The notes beneath the pieces were generated by a model. It was not told where the DNA came from. It saw only the letters and a list, made by a program, of their open reading frames with translations, and searched no databases. From NCBI GenBank assembly GCA_963788655.1, contig CAWBHS010000062.1, positions 96,001-160,000 of the forward strand: a stretch of 64,000 nt of DNA. Reading direction: 5' to 3'. Positions 51,412 to 61,395 of the stretch are shown one piece after another. This stretch comes from an uncultured Verrucomicrobiae bacterium (GTDB lineage: Bacteria; Verrucomicrobiota; Verrucomicrobiia; Limisphaerales; JAFGQR01). Every line of letters starts with the position of its first letter. The first letter of the stretch is position 1. The translations under genes were made by a program, and so were the position numbers.

Positions 51412-52250
51412 CAGCTCAATTGGTATAGGAAGATCAACAACGCATCGAACAGCACGCAACCGACTACGCTTTGGGCGGTGGCTTGGGTGGCGATCCGCGG
51501 CACTTCCTGGAGCCGCAAGGGTTGGGCCAGCCCGTGGTAACAACTCACCACGGCGATGATAAATCCAAACGTGGCGGTCTTGAGGGCCAGCAATATGAAG
51601 TCCAGACCGCTGAGCGCCGATGCCAGTTGCCGTACATAATCGCCGGGCGTTAGCGGCACATCCTGGATGAACGCCCACAAGTAACCGCCACTTAGCGAAA
51701 CCAGGATGAAGTACACCGCCAGGGCAAAGACGCCGAGGGCCATACCAATGAGACGCGGCACAACCAGATAATGGATCGGATCAATGCCCATGACTTCGAG
51801 CGCTTCGATTTCGCCGATCGCGCGGGCGGTGGCCAGTTCGATCACGTTGCCCATGCCGGTACGGGACAGCACCAGAAGTGCCGCCAGCAAGGGTCCCAAT
51901 TCGCGGACAACCACACTGACCATCACGGTGCCCAGATAGGCATTGGCCCCGACGCGGGTCATCAAGGCCACGGTTTGCCCAATGACGACCAAGCCCAGCA
52001 CCATGGCCAGGAAAAACACCATGGGCAGCAGCCGCACTCCCGAACGCGACAATTGAGTGATGACTAGAGGATGGATGACCGCGCGGGCCACGCGGTACTT
52101 CTTGGCCAGCACGCCGAGGCTGATAAACGCAAACGCAATCAAACCGTGAAGCGTGTGCAGCAACGCCAGGAGTTTGCGTCCGATGCGGCGTACCACCGTG
52201 GCGGGTACGCGCGCGGACCGGGTAACGATGGGACCCGGTTTGTCAGCCAC
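51411..52250 (-). CDS. MlaE family ABC permease
   Basis: VVRELGPLL, GEIEALEVMGIDPIHYLVVPR. Confidence 0.9.
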   Translation of the reverse strand: MADKPGPIVTRSARVPATVVRRIGRKLLALLHTLHGLIAFAFISLGVLAKKYRVARAVIHPLVITQLSRSGVRLLPMVFFLAMVLGLVVIGQTVALMTRVGANAYLGTVMVSVVVRELGPLLAALLVLSRTGMGNVIELATARAIGEIEALEVMGIDPIHYLVVPRLIGMALGVFALAVYFILVSLSGGYLWAFIQDVPLTPGDYVRQLASALSGLDFILLALKTATFGFIIAVVSCYHGLAQPLRLQEVPRIATQATAQSVVGCVLFDALLIFLYQLS

Positions 52251-52451
52251 GCTCGCAGTTCCTTTGATCACGGCGCTGAACTTAGGACGCCGCCCAAAGC
52301 CGGTCAAAGCGGAATTTGGGGCGGCGGAATGTGCGGATTCCAATCCGTAAACCCGAATACCGAAGGCCGAGATTCCAAGGCGACTCAGCCAGGTAAAACT
52401 CCCGTGGACCGCATCTCTTTGATATTTCAAAGCTGCGTTGCCAATCCCGGT

Positions 52452-53489
52452 TCACTGGTTTAAGGCTGGCGTGATCCCGACCAATTCCTCAATCACCAAC
52501 TTCATGCCTGCCACGACACGTGCAGTCCGTTCGTAATCCAATTTTTCCGGCATGTCTTCGACGGTGTGATAATACGGATACCGGAAGGGCGCCGTGTCGG
52601 TGACCATCAAACCGGGGTAGCCGACCTGCCAAAACGCCCAATGGTCCGACCAGCCAATGCCCGGCAGCGCGGCGGGCAGCGCACCACCTTCGCAGGGAAA
52701 TTTCACCTGCCGCCGGAAGCAGGCCACGCATTGGCGGACAAGCTTCGCCGATTTGGTATTCCCCACTAAGCCGATGAAATTTCCCGTGGACGGATAGAAG
52801 AGTCCGATGGGAAACGGATATTTCTGGCTACCTTTTTGGTCCCGATAATACCCGATGGTTTCCAGGCTGATCATCGCCACGATATTGTCGTTACTGGCAC
52901 GGCAATGCCGGGCATACACCAAGCTGCCCATTTGTTCGGTTTGGAAAAAGGGAGGTTCCTCGTTCGCAAAGGCAACGAACCGCAGGGTCCGTTCTGGTTG
53001 GCTGTGGGCGAATGCCTGGGCCAGGACCAACAAGGCCGCCACCGCGCTGCCGTTGTCGTTGGCTCCGGGACAGCCGCTTACGGAGTCGTAATGCGCGCCG
53101 ACGACCACGATTTCCTGGGCACGTTGGTGACCAGGCACCACGGCCTCAAGATTCTCGCACCGTTCCTGCATGACTTCGAACGCCTGGCGGTTGACGCGGT
53201 AACCTGCTTGCGCCAGCGAGTGGTCCACAAAATCCGCGGCGGCGTGGTATTCTTTCGGGCGAAACACATTCCGTTCGCCGATGGTGCCGGCCAGCATTTC
53301 GACATTCCGCTTCAGCGCGTCGCGCCAGGCCGTCTCCTCGGGATTCAACGGCACCCTTGGCCCGGCGTAGCTTTTGAGCGGCATTCGCATCATCATAAAC
53401 CAAGCGCAGAAAACCAAGATGCCCAGCACCGCCAGCAGAATGCTAACCCGCACCAAAGCAGCTTTGGTCACCAACTTGAATTTCGGCAT
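52452..53489 (-). CDS. M28 family metallopeptidase
   Basis: GAHYDS, GANDNGS, NEEPP, SDHWAF, YYHT. Confidence 0.9.
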   Translation of the reverse strand: MPKFKLVTKAALVRVSILLAVLGILVFCAWFMMMRMPLKSYAGPRVPLNPEETAWRDALKRNVEMLAGTIGERNVFRPKEYHAAADFVDHSLAQAGYRVNRQAFEVMQERCENLEAVVPGHQRAQEIVVVGAHYDSVSGCPGANDNGSAVAALLVLAQAFAHSQPERTLRFVAFANEEPPFFQTEQMGSLVYARHCRASNDNIVAMISLETIGYYRDQKGSQKYPFPIGLFYPSTGNFIGLVGNTKSAKLVRQCVACFRRQVKFPCEGGALPAALPGIGWSDHWAFWQVGYPGLMVTDTAPFRYPYYHTVEDMPEKLDYERTARVVAGMKLVIEELVGITPALNQ

Positions 53490-53646
53490 GGCGCATGATG
53501 GCCTTGCCTTCACTACGGACGCAATCGGATTCTGCGATTGTACCGAGGAGTTGCTCCGCGCTGCTTCCCTCCCATTTGCTCAAGCCTCGGTATGGTTGTT
53601 TTCCTAGTTGTGCGAATGGCCATTTCGTCGGCAAACTGATCCCCTG

Positions 53647-54608
53647 ATGAACAACCAACTTGATCGACGCCGGTTTCTCCAATACGTCACCCTCAGCAGT
53701 GCCGCCCTGGGCCTGCGCGGCGCGGGGCAATTCCCGTAGCGGCGGCCGATTCCCGCCGCCGATGGACCCTTTGTCTGGCGCCGGGTTCCATCGGCGTGAG
53801 AGCCGATCAGCAGCAAACCATCGCCCTGGCGAGCCAACACGGCTTCGAATCGATCGAGGCGTTTCCCCAGTTTATTGCCACGCTGTCGGCGGGCCAATTG
53901 GCTGACTTGAAAGCAGAGCTGAAGGCGAAGGCGCTGACGTTCGGCATGGCGGGTTTACCGGTGGATTTCCGCGGAACCGACGAGCGGTTGGCCGAGGGCT
54001 TGAAAGAACTGCCCCGGTTGGCAGGGGCCTTGCAACAGGCCGGGATCGAGCGGGTCACCACTTGGTTGTCGCCTGCCCATCGGAGCCTGGCGTACGCCGA
54101 GAATTTCGAATTGCACCGGCGCCGCTTGCGCGCGATCGCCCAAGTGTTGAAAGATCACGGCTTGCGCTTCGGCCTGGAATACGTGGGCACGCCCAACTCG
54201 CGCCGCGGACGAATTGATTTCATTCATAATATGGCCCAGACGAAGGAACTCATCGCCGCCATCGGCACGGGCAATATCGGGTTTGTGCTCGACAGTTGGC
54301 ATTGGTGGACCGCCGGCGACAGCGAAGCCGACTTGCGTACCCTCAAAGCCAAGGACGTGGTGTCCGTGGACCTCAATGACGCGCCGGCTGGCCGGACGCT
54401 CGAACAACAGCTCGACAATCAACGCGAACTGCCCGGCGCGACGGGCGTCATTCCGGTGGCCAAGTTCCTAACGGCTCTCAAGGACATGGGCTACGACGGG
54501 CCGGTCCGCGCCGAGCCGTTTAACAAGGTGTTAAACGACCTGCCCAATGACGAAGCCTGCGCTCGGACCATCCAAGCGCTGCGCAAAACAATGAAGCTGG
54601 TGGCGTGA
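53647..54608 (+). CDS. Tat-exported sugar phosphate isomerase/epimerase (xylose-isomerase-like TIM barrel), 5' frameshift
   Basis: MNNQLDRRRFLQ Tat signal at 53647 is out of frame with GLEYVG...LDSWHWW...DLND...RELPG...AEPF. Confidence 0.82.
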
Positions 54609-54641
54609 CCGTTGAACCGTTAGCGATGGCGTGAAGCGTCG

Positions 54642-54887
54642 CTAGGGCAGGGGCTGCACCGCCCGGTAGTAGCGTTGGGGACCGCCCGTGGTCGGGAGGT
54701 TCGTCCTGATCATGCCAAGCGGCGAGTCGGCGCTGCGCAGGTTGGTGATGGTGGTGTCGGTCCACAGGGGCAGGTTCAGGTTGGAGGACTGTTGCCACGT
54801 GTAGCGCGCGTAGGGTTCTCCATAGAGTTCCACGTCAATCCCATTGGTCGCGCGGCCGATGGCCAGGGCGGAGGGGCTGATTACATC
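54642..54887 (-). pseudogene. Orphan C-terminal FYR-type domain of a lost secreted-protein gene
   Basis: ALAIGRATNGIDVELYGEPYARYTWQQSSNL..PLW...PQRYYRAVQPLP*; no upstream gene body or signal peptide. Confidence 0.65.
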
Positions 54888-55200
54888 CTTGCAACGCTTC
54901 TCCGATTGTCACGAATGCCCACGATCCGGAAAGCAGGGGGGACACCCGTTCTACCGGATAATTCTTGGGAAAACACAAAGGCAGGCGGAGGTAAGTGCGC
55001 ATGCACGGTGTGGGGGACCGGAAACATCGTTTCCCGCTTCGACCAACGACCAACGATCAACTTAGCTCAGTTCACGCCGAACACGGCTCGCAAAATCTCC
55101 TGGAAGCAGACGGAATGGAGATGGGGTGGAATAATTGTGTCAATAACTATTTCGTATCAAACAAAGCGAGTATGTCCATCGGTTGCCGGGATGGGATTTA

Positions 55201-55332
55201 GAGCCTGTTTTAAAACTCCATCCGATCTGTAGCAGCCGACGTAAGGAGGCTCATTCTATTTCGGAAAACCGTGCTGCGTTCGCCAAGACTGAGCCTCCTT
55301 ACGTCGGCTGCTACCATTTTTCAAACAGGCTC
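55201..55332. mobile_element. MITE-like element (132 bp) with the same termini as 33427-33698, enclosing a REP hairpin
   Basis: GAGCCTGTTTTAAAA ... TTTTCAAACAGGCTC flanked by TTA on both sides. Confidence 0.8.
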
Positions 55333-55492
55333 TTAGCGCTGTCATCTCGCAACCGGGCAAAGTTGCAACCAAAGTTGTCGTCTTCGTCCCTCGTCCTTGA
55401 AATCGAACTACCGCGGACGACGACGACGAAGCTTCGTGATCTGCCGGGAGATCGCCACCCAGGAATCCGAGGCGGCTTAGACTTTGGGGATT

Positions 55493-56470
55493 CTACTGGT
55501 TGCGCCGCTGGGCCAGCACGGCGCCGCCAGTAATCCCGGCATCATCCCCCAGACTGCTGGCGCGGATTTCGATGCCTTTGGCGGTGCCACCCAGGGCGTG
55601 TTCGACTGCGGATTTGGAAATGATCGGCATCATTTCATCTTCGAGCGCTTCGATGATGCCGCCGCCCAGAACGACGATTTCAGGATTGAACAGATTGAGC
55701 AAGTTGCCCACGGCCACCCCCGCGTAGGACGCAGCTTCGGCCACGACTTTTTCGACGAACTTGTCGCCGCGGCGGATCGCTTTGCGCAAGTCGCCGCTGC
55801 GCATGTCCTCCAGTTCCTTGCCCAATCGGTCGGTGAGAATGGTCTTCTGGCCTTCTTTCACGGCCGCCTTGATGCGCTTGAACATCGCCGTCCGACTGGC
55901 GAGCGCCTCGAAACAGCCATTGTTGCCGCAGCCGCATTTCGGGCCATGCACGTCGAGCACCATGTGGCCCACTTCCCCCGCCGCCCGATTGAAGCCGGCG
56001 TACGGTGCGCCATTGATGACAATGCCGCCACCGATGCCGGTGCCAATAAAGATGCCGATGGCCTGTTTGGGTTTGGCTTTGAGTTCAACTTCGTAAACTC
56101 CCATCATGCTGAGGTTGCAGTCGTTCTCCGCAAACACCGGCACTGCCAGTTCTTTCTCCAGGTTCTTCTTGAGCGGAATGTCCTTCCATTGGGGTAGATT
56201 GGGGGCGAAGATCACCTTGCCGGATTCGGAATCCACCGCCCCCGGGGCCCCGATGCCCACACTGCGAATGGACTTCAAGTTGAGGTCGCATTCATCCACC
56301 GCGTCCTTGATGCAACGCGCAATGCGCTGGATGACCGCGTCCGGACCGCGCTGGGCTTTGGTACTGATGCGCGCGGTGCCGATGCACTCCATGGACGAGT
56401 CGAACACGCCGGCATAGATTTTGGTGCCGCCGACATCGACTCCGACATAATAGGTGGGGGATTCAGCCAT
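55493..56470 (-). CDS. ROK family sugar kinase (glucokinase-like)
   Basis: GVDVGGTK, ENDCN, GTGIGGG, GEVGH...CGCGNNGCFE. Confidence 0.93.
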   Translation of the reverse strand: MAESPTYYVGVDVGGTKIYAGVFDSSMECIGTARISTKAQRGPDAVIQRIARCIKDAVDECDLNLKSIRSVGIGAPGAVDSESGKVIFAPNLPQWKDIPLKKNLEKELAVPVFAENDCNLSMMGVYEVELKAKPKQAIGIFIGTGIGGGIVINGAPYAGFNRAAGEVGHMVLDVHGPKCGCGNNGCFEALASRTAMFKRIKAAVKEGQKTILTDRLGKELEDMRSGDLRKAIRRGDKFVEKVVAEAASYAGVAVGNLLNLFNPEIVVLGGGIIEALEDEMMPIISKSAVEHALGGTAKGIEIRASSLGDDAGITGGAVLAQRRNQ

Positions 56471-56483
56471 GAGCGGGGATGCG

Positions 56484-57218
56484 TTACTTGTCTTTGGCCA
56501 ACACGGATTCAATCTTCCGTTTCAATTGCGCCGAGGTAGCCTCCACGGACCGGCTGCCATCCACGATGGTAAACCGGTAGGTCGTTTGCATGTGTTTGAA
56601 TTCCTCGGTCAGCAGCGTCTGGTACTTGAGAAAGCTGTCGAACATGTCGCGGGAAAATCCCAAATCCATACCGCTTTCCCAGTAGTCCAACGCCGCGTTT
56701 TTGGCAAAATTGCGCTGCACCAGTTCCTCCGCCGGCACGTGCAGGTAAAATACCGCATCGGGCACCAGCGCGACCCCATAAAGGTTCTTCAGCCAGTTCT
56801 CATCCATGCCGCGGACAATGTCGCGCGCCATCAGGGTGTAGATGTAGCGGTCGGACAGCACCATGGCCCCGGCTTTAAGCGCCGGCAAAATAATGTTCTC
56901 CAACTGGTCCGCAAAATCCGTCGCATAGAACAAGCTCAGGGTGGTGTGGCTGAGGGTATTGCCGGTTTGCGCCAGCGCCAGTTCTTCACTGACCAGCGAG
57001 GAGCGCTTCAACCCGACCTGCACCGTGGCATGACCGCTGGCTTCCAACCATTCAACGAGCCGGGCGATCTGCGTCGAACGCCCACTGCCATCGGCCCCCT
57101 CCACCACAAACAGCCGACCAGCCAGCAGTTCGAGGTTCACCCCGGGGATCCCGTGTCCGTACCAGCGGCGGTGGGTGCGCCGGGGCAATACCACGCGCGT
57201 ATCGAATTGGCGTTTCAT
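56484..57218 (-). CDS. tmk: Thymidylate kinase-like protein 2
   Basis: VVEGADGSGRSTQ, DRYIYT. Confidence 0.8.
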   Translation of the reverse strand: MKRQFDTRVVLPRRTHRRWYGHGIPGVNLELLAGRLFVVEGADGSGRSTQIARLVEWLEASGHATVQVGLKRSSLVSEELALAQTGNTLSHTTLSLFYATDFADQLENIILPALKAGAMVLSDRYIYTLMARDIVRGMDENWLKNLYGVALVPDAVFYLHVPAEELVQRNFAKNAALDYWESGMDLGFSRDMFDSFLKYQTLLTEEFKHMQTTYRFTIVDGSRSVEATSAQLKRKIESVLAKDK

Positions 57219-57977
57219 TCTCCGGGCAACTCCGGTTCCTGGTTTTCCATCCGGCCCAAGGGCCGCTCCCAGCGCGGTTGCGGGACGGGCAAGTCGTGTT
57301 TGCGTTGGAACTTGGCCAGATTAATCCTCTTGGAAATCAGATTTCGCACCGTGGCCTGTTGCACTTCAATCGGCTGGTTGGCGTCAATTACCAGAAAATT
57401 GAACTCCGGTACTCATGGCGAGATATTGCTCCAAAATGCGGCCCTGGAAAATGCGAAAGCTCTCGTACGGATCAGACGACAGGCGCAAATCCATGCCGGC
57501 TTCGAAATACTTCAGCTTGGGCCGGCCATCGAGAATGCGATTCAGCGAAACCTCCAGTTCGGTCTTGAAGAAGAACGTCAGATCCGGCAAAGCCGCGAAC
57601 CCATAAATGCCGCGAACCCATTCCGTCCGGCATCCGCGAACCGTGTCCCGGGCGAACGCCGTAAAAATATATCGGTCACACAACACGACATAACCGGCAC
57701 GTAAGAGCGGCATCAGGTGCCGGTCGTAGCGGTCGGCAAAATCCGTCGCGTGGATCAAGCTGAAGGTCGTTGGAGTCAACAGTTCCCGCTTCTTGCCCTT
57801 GCTGGTGGCGGACTTGACGATTTCCGAAGAGTTCCATTCGCTGAAATAGACTTTGACCCCCTGCAATTCCAGCCAGCGCTTCAACAAAAACACCTGTGTG
57901 GACTTGCCGGAACCATCCAATCCCTCGACCGCAACGAGGCGCCCTGGAAAATTCAATTCAGCAAATGTCTTGAGCAT
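57215..57977 (-). CDS. tmk: Thymidylate kinase-like protein 1 (frameshift near 57410)
   Basis: AVEGLDGSGKSTQ, DRYIFT; the corrected frame ends ...PELPGE* overlapping the next ATG. Confidence 0.8.
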
Positions 57978-58424
57978 TCTGGCCGGTAAACTAAGCAATG
58001 ACGCCCAGATGACAATCTTTTTCGGTGACCGCCTGCTAACACTACAGCGACACTTTCGGAAGAACGCGCCAGGAGCGCGGCGTTTACGTCACTTCACCGT
58101 CCTATCCAACTTAGCGCTGATTAGCTTTTGGCGCTTGAAGCGGCCTGAAGGCCGCGCGCCATTTTTTGGAATTGTCGCTGTCGTGCTAACTTGGATGTTT
58201 CACCCGCGTGGTAGCCGCCCACGCGAGGAGGTGGACTTGAAGCAGCCTCCCATGTTGAAACAAGAGTCCGTCAGCATAATGGCCACCCAGGAGCGATGAC
58301 ATTGCTGCAAGCTCGAACGTGGTTACGCCTTTCAAGCCGACAAAACATCGAGCCTCCTGCTGCGGCAACTTCGCGAGTCACGACGCTGGGGATTACGAAT
58401 CCGAGGGCTCAACGCTCATTCCAT

Positions 58425-58455
58425 AAACAAAAAGGGCAGGCCAATCCGGCCTGCC
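58425..58455 (-). terminator. Intrinsic terminator after rplI
   Basis: ggcaggcc-aatcc-ggcctgcc hairpin with a T-rich tail on the minus strand. Confidence 0.7.
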
Positions 58456-58476
58456 AATTCTGATAAAGATTCGAAA

Positions 58477-59149
58477 TTACTCTTTCGTTGCTTTGGGAGC
58501 CTTGGTCGATTTGGCGGGCTTGGAAGCTTTTTCGGACTTGGACGATGTTTCGGAATGGGACGCCGCCTCGGTTTTGTCAGCTTGTTCATTGCGCGGGCTT
58601 CGCGGAGTGCGTTCGGTTCGGCCGCGCCCACCGCGGCGAGCGGCGGATCCTTTCCCTTCCTCGACGGTGGAAGGTTCAGGCGGTGGCAGCGGGTTGAGAC
58701 TCTCGACGCGGACTTTGAGCGTGCAAGGTAACTTGCTGGTGCAACCGCATCTCGATATCAAATTCGCCCAACGTCCGAATCGGGTGTTCGAGGTGGATTT
58801 TGCGCTTGTCGAGAGTGATGTCGAACTGGTGCTTCAATTCATCCGCAATGGTCCCGGCGGTCACCGACCCAAACAGCTTGGCGTCATCGCCGGTCTTCAC
58901 CTTCACGATGCAAACCAGTTTGCCGAGGCTCTTGCCCAAATCGCTCATGGCGTTGTACTCGTGAGCTTCGCGTTCGGCCCGGCGTTTTTGCAGCGCTTCA
59001 AGCCGTTTCTTATTGGCCGCCGTAAGCGGAATCGCCAGCCCCTGCGGAAACAGATAATTGCGGGCATGACCGGCCGCCACTTTGACATGATCGGATTCGG
59101 CCCCAAGGCCCACGATGTTTGCGATGAGAATAACTTCAGTTTTTGCCAT
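58477..59149 (-). CDS. rplI: 50S ribosomal protein L9 with C-terminal extension (frameshift near 58725)
   Basis: VKVAAGHARNYLFPQG, KLFGSVT, PIRTLG. Confidence 0.93.
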
Positions 59150-59205
59150 AGTAAAATCGTTGAGTTTGCAGCAGAAATTGTCTTGGTCGGAACTTCGGGT
59201 TCCCT

Positions 59206-59670
59206 TCAAAACGGAACGTCATCATCCATTGGTGGACCGTCCGGTTCGGGCATCGATTCGGGCGCGGAAGCCGGGGCGGGATTGGCCGCCGGTCGGGGAC
59301 GTGCGGCCGGCGCGGCGCCGGGTTCGGCTGTCCGCTGGCCGCCATCGAGGAACTGGAAGGCTTCCAGCACCACGCCCAAGCGGCTGCGTTTCTGATTCGT
59401 TTGCTTGTCTTCCCAGGTGTCGTAGCGCAGCCGCCCTTCGATCAGGATTGGCCGGCCTTTCTTCAGATACTGGCCAATGACCTCGGCCTGGCGCCCCCAC
59501 GCGTCCACGTCCACAAAGGTCGTCTCTTCCTTGGTTTCGCCCGTTTCGCTTTTCCACGAACGATTGACGGCCAGCCCCAGCCGCGCCATCGCGGTGCCTT
59601 TGGGCGTGTAGCGCAATTCCGGATCGCGCGTCAGATTGCCCACCAGAATGACTTTGTTGAAATTGGCCAT
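59206..59670 (-). CDS. ssb: Single-stranded DNA-binding protein
   Basis: NKVILVGNLTRDPELRYTP...DDDVPF. Confidence 0.97.
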   Translation of the reverse strand: MANFNKVILVGNLTRDPELRYTPKGTAMARLGLAVNRSWKSETGETKEETTFVDVDAWGRQAEVIGQYLKKGRPILIEGRLRYDTWEDKQTNQKRSRLGVVLEAFQFLDGGQRTAEPGAAPAARPRPAANPAPASAPESMPEPDGPPMDDDVPF

Positions 59671-59696
59671 GGGACGGGTAAGGGATGGCTATGGTA

Positions 59697-60004
59697 TTAC
59701 TTGGCGGCGGTTGCGCCCAAGTTCGCCTGCGTCAGCATGACGCGAAAGACATCGTCCTTCTTGGCGAACTGGTTGCGCAGTCCCGGCACCGCCGACGCCG
59801 GGGCCTCGAAAATGACATTCACGTAAAAACCTGAGGTGCTTTTCTTGTCGGCCACCCGGGCGAATGGACGCTTGTCCATCTTCTGCGTGGTTTCCACTTT
59901 GCCTCCCGCCGCCGCGATGTCCGCGGTGACATTATCCAGAATTTCCTTCACTCGGTCATCCTGAACGGGGCCTCGAGTATGAACAAACCTTCGTATCGTT
60001 TCAC
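59697..60004 (-). CDS. rpsF: 30S ribosomal protein S6 (frameshift near 59970)
   Basis: GTG start MKRYEGLFIL; SGFYVNVIF; position upstream of ssb. Confidence 0.88.
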
Positions 60005-60038
60005 TCTGTTACCTTAATGTTAAGTCGTAATCACACCG

Positions 60039-60606
60039 TTAAATTGATTCATCGCCTGCGCCACACCCCGCGCAGCCAGCAATCCATCTGGTCGCACGCG
60101 CGGTCCAGCACCTGTTCCAACAACCCGGTTTCCGCCGCGTTGAACCGGGAAAGCACATAATCCGTGATTTCCCGCCGGCCCGGCTCAGCTCGGCCAATGC
60201 CCAACCGCTGCCGGGCGAACTGCCGCGTGCCGAGCCGTTGTTCAATCGATTCCAAGCCATGATGCCCACCACTGCTGCCGCGGCTGCGCAGCCGAATTTC
60301 CCCCAGCGGCAAATCCGCATCATCCACCGTGACCAGCATCCGGTCGCTGGCCAACTTGTAAAAATCCGCCACGGCCCCCACTGCGTCACCACTGGCGTTC
60401 ATGAACGTCTCGGGCCGGCACACCAGCACCCGGTGTTCGTGGCATTCCCCCCAGCCAATCCGGGCGTTGAACTTCTTTTCAAACATCCAATTGACCCGCC
60501 GGCGTTCGGCCCAGCGTTCCACCGCTCGGAATCCGGCGTTGTGGCGAGTAAGCTCATACTTCCGGCCAGGATTGCCCAATCCCACAATGAGATACAAGTT
60601 CTCCAC
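60039..60606 (-). CDS. pth: Peptidyl-tRNA hydrolase (indel near 3' end)
   Basis: IVGLGNPG, TRHNAGF, FMNASG, SGGHHGL, RLGIGR, DYVL. Confidence 0.95.
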
Positions 60607-60639
60607 GCCGGATCATCCCACCACGGCGCCCGCCGGCCG

Positions 60640-61365
60640 TCACTTCTTTTCGGGCGGTTTCTTTTCCGGCGCTTTTTCGCCACCTTTGGCCCCGGCCTTG
60701 CCTTCGGAAGCAGTCTCGCCTTCCTTCTTCTCTTTGGTCATCTCCACTTCCACCGGTGCCGCCCCGGCTTCGGCTTCGGCATCGGCCGCCTGTTCTTCCG
60801 TTAGTGGCGCCGCAACGGTGATGACGGGAGCCACTTTTTCCCCCAGAATTTCCACCCCGGGCACGGGCGGGATTTCGCCAATATGGATCGATTCGCCCAC
60901 GTTTAAATTGGTCACGTCCAGTTCCAGCACTTCGGGCAGATCGCGCGGCAAGGCGCGCACTTTCAGCTTGAACAGCACGTGTTCGAGAATGCCGCCGCCG
61001 GTCTTGACCCCCACCGCTTCGCCCTTGGTTTCCACGGGCACGGTGACCGTGACGTGCTGGTCCTCGGAGATTTCCTGCAAATCCACGTGCAGAATGCTCC
61101 GGCTCATTGGGTGGTGCTGAATCTCTTTGACCAGCGCGAGGCGCTGCGGGCGCTCGGCGTCGGCAATGGACAAGTCCACCAGCAAGGTTTCCGAAGCCGC
61201 ATGCTGGATGAGATCCTGGAGCTCCTTGTTGTGGATCTCCAATTGGGTCGGTTCAGTGGCGCGACCGTAAACAATCGCCGGCACGCGACCGTGGGCGCGG
61301 AGTTGCTTTACTGGTCCCCGCCGGGTCGCGGTGCGCGGATAGGCGTTCAATGGTACAGTTTTCAT
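60640..61365 (-). CDS. rplY: 50S ribosomal protein L25/Ctc
   Basis: GRVPAIVYG, HVDLQ, GVKTGGG. Confidence 0.95.
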   Translation of the reverse strand: MKTVPLNAYPRTATRRGPVKQLRAHGRVPAIVYGRATEPTQLEIHNKELQDLIQHAASETLLVDLSIADAERPQRLALVKEIQHHPMSRSILHVDLQEISEDQHVTVTVPVETKGEAVGVKTGGGILEHVLFKLKVRALPRDLPEVLELDVTNLNVGESIHIGEIPPVPGVEILGEKVAPVITVAAPLTEEQAADAEAEAGAAPVEVEMTKEKKEGETASEGKAGAKGGEKAPEKKPPEKK

Positions 61366-61395
61366 GTCAAAAAAAATGCGGCAGCGCGGCCAGTT

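Noticed and set aside
21351..60606. Frameshifts in many genes (oxidoreductases, methyltransferase, tmk, rplI, rpsF, pth) as programmed frameshifting or pseudogenes
   Set aside because: They hit essential genes, often at short homopolymers, with no common slippery motif; best explained by sequencing or consensus error.
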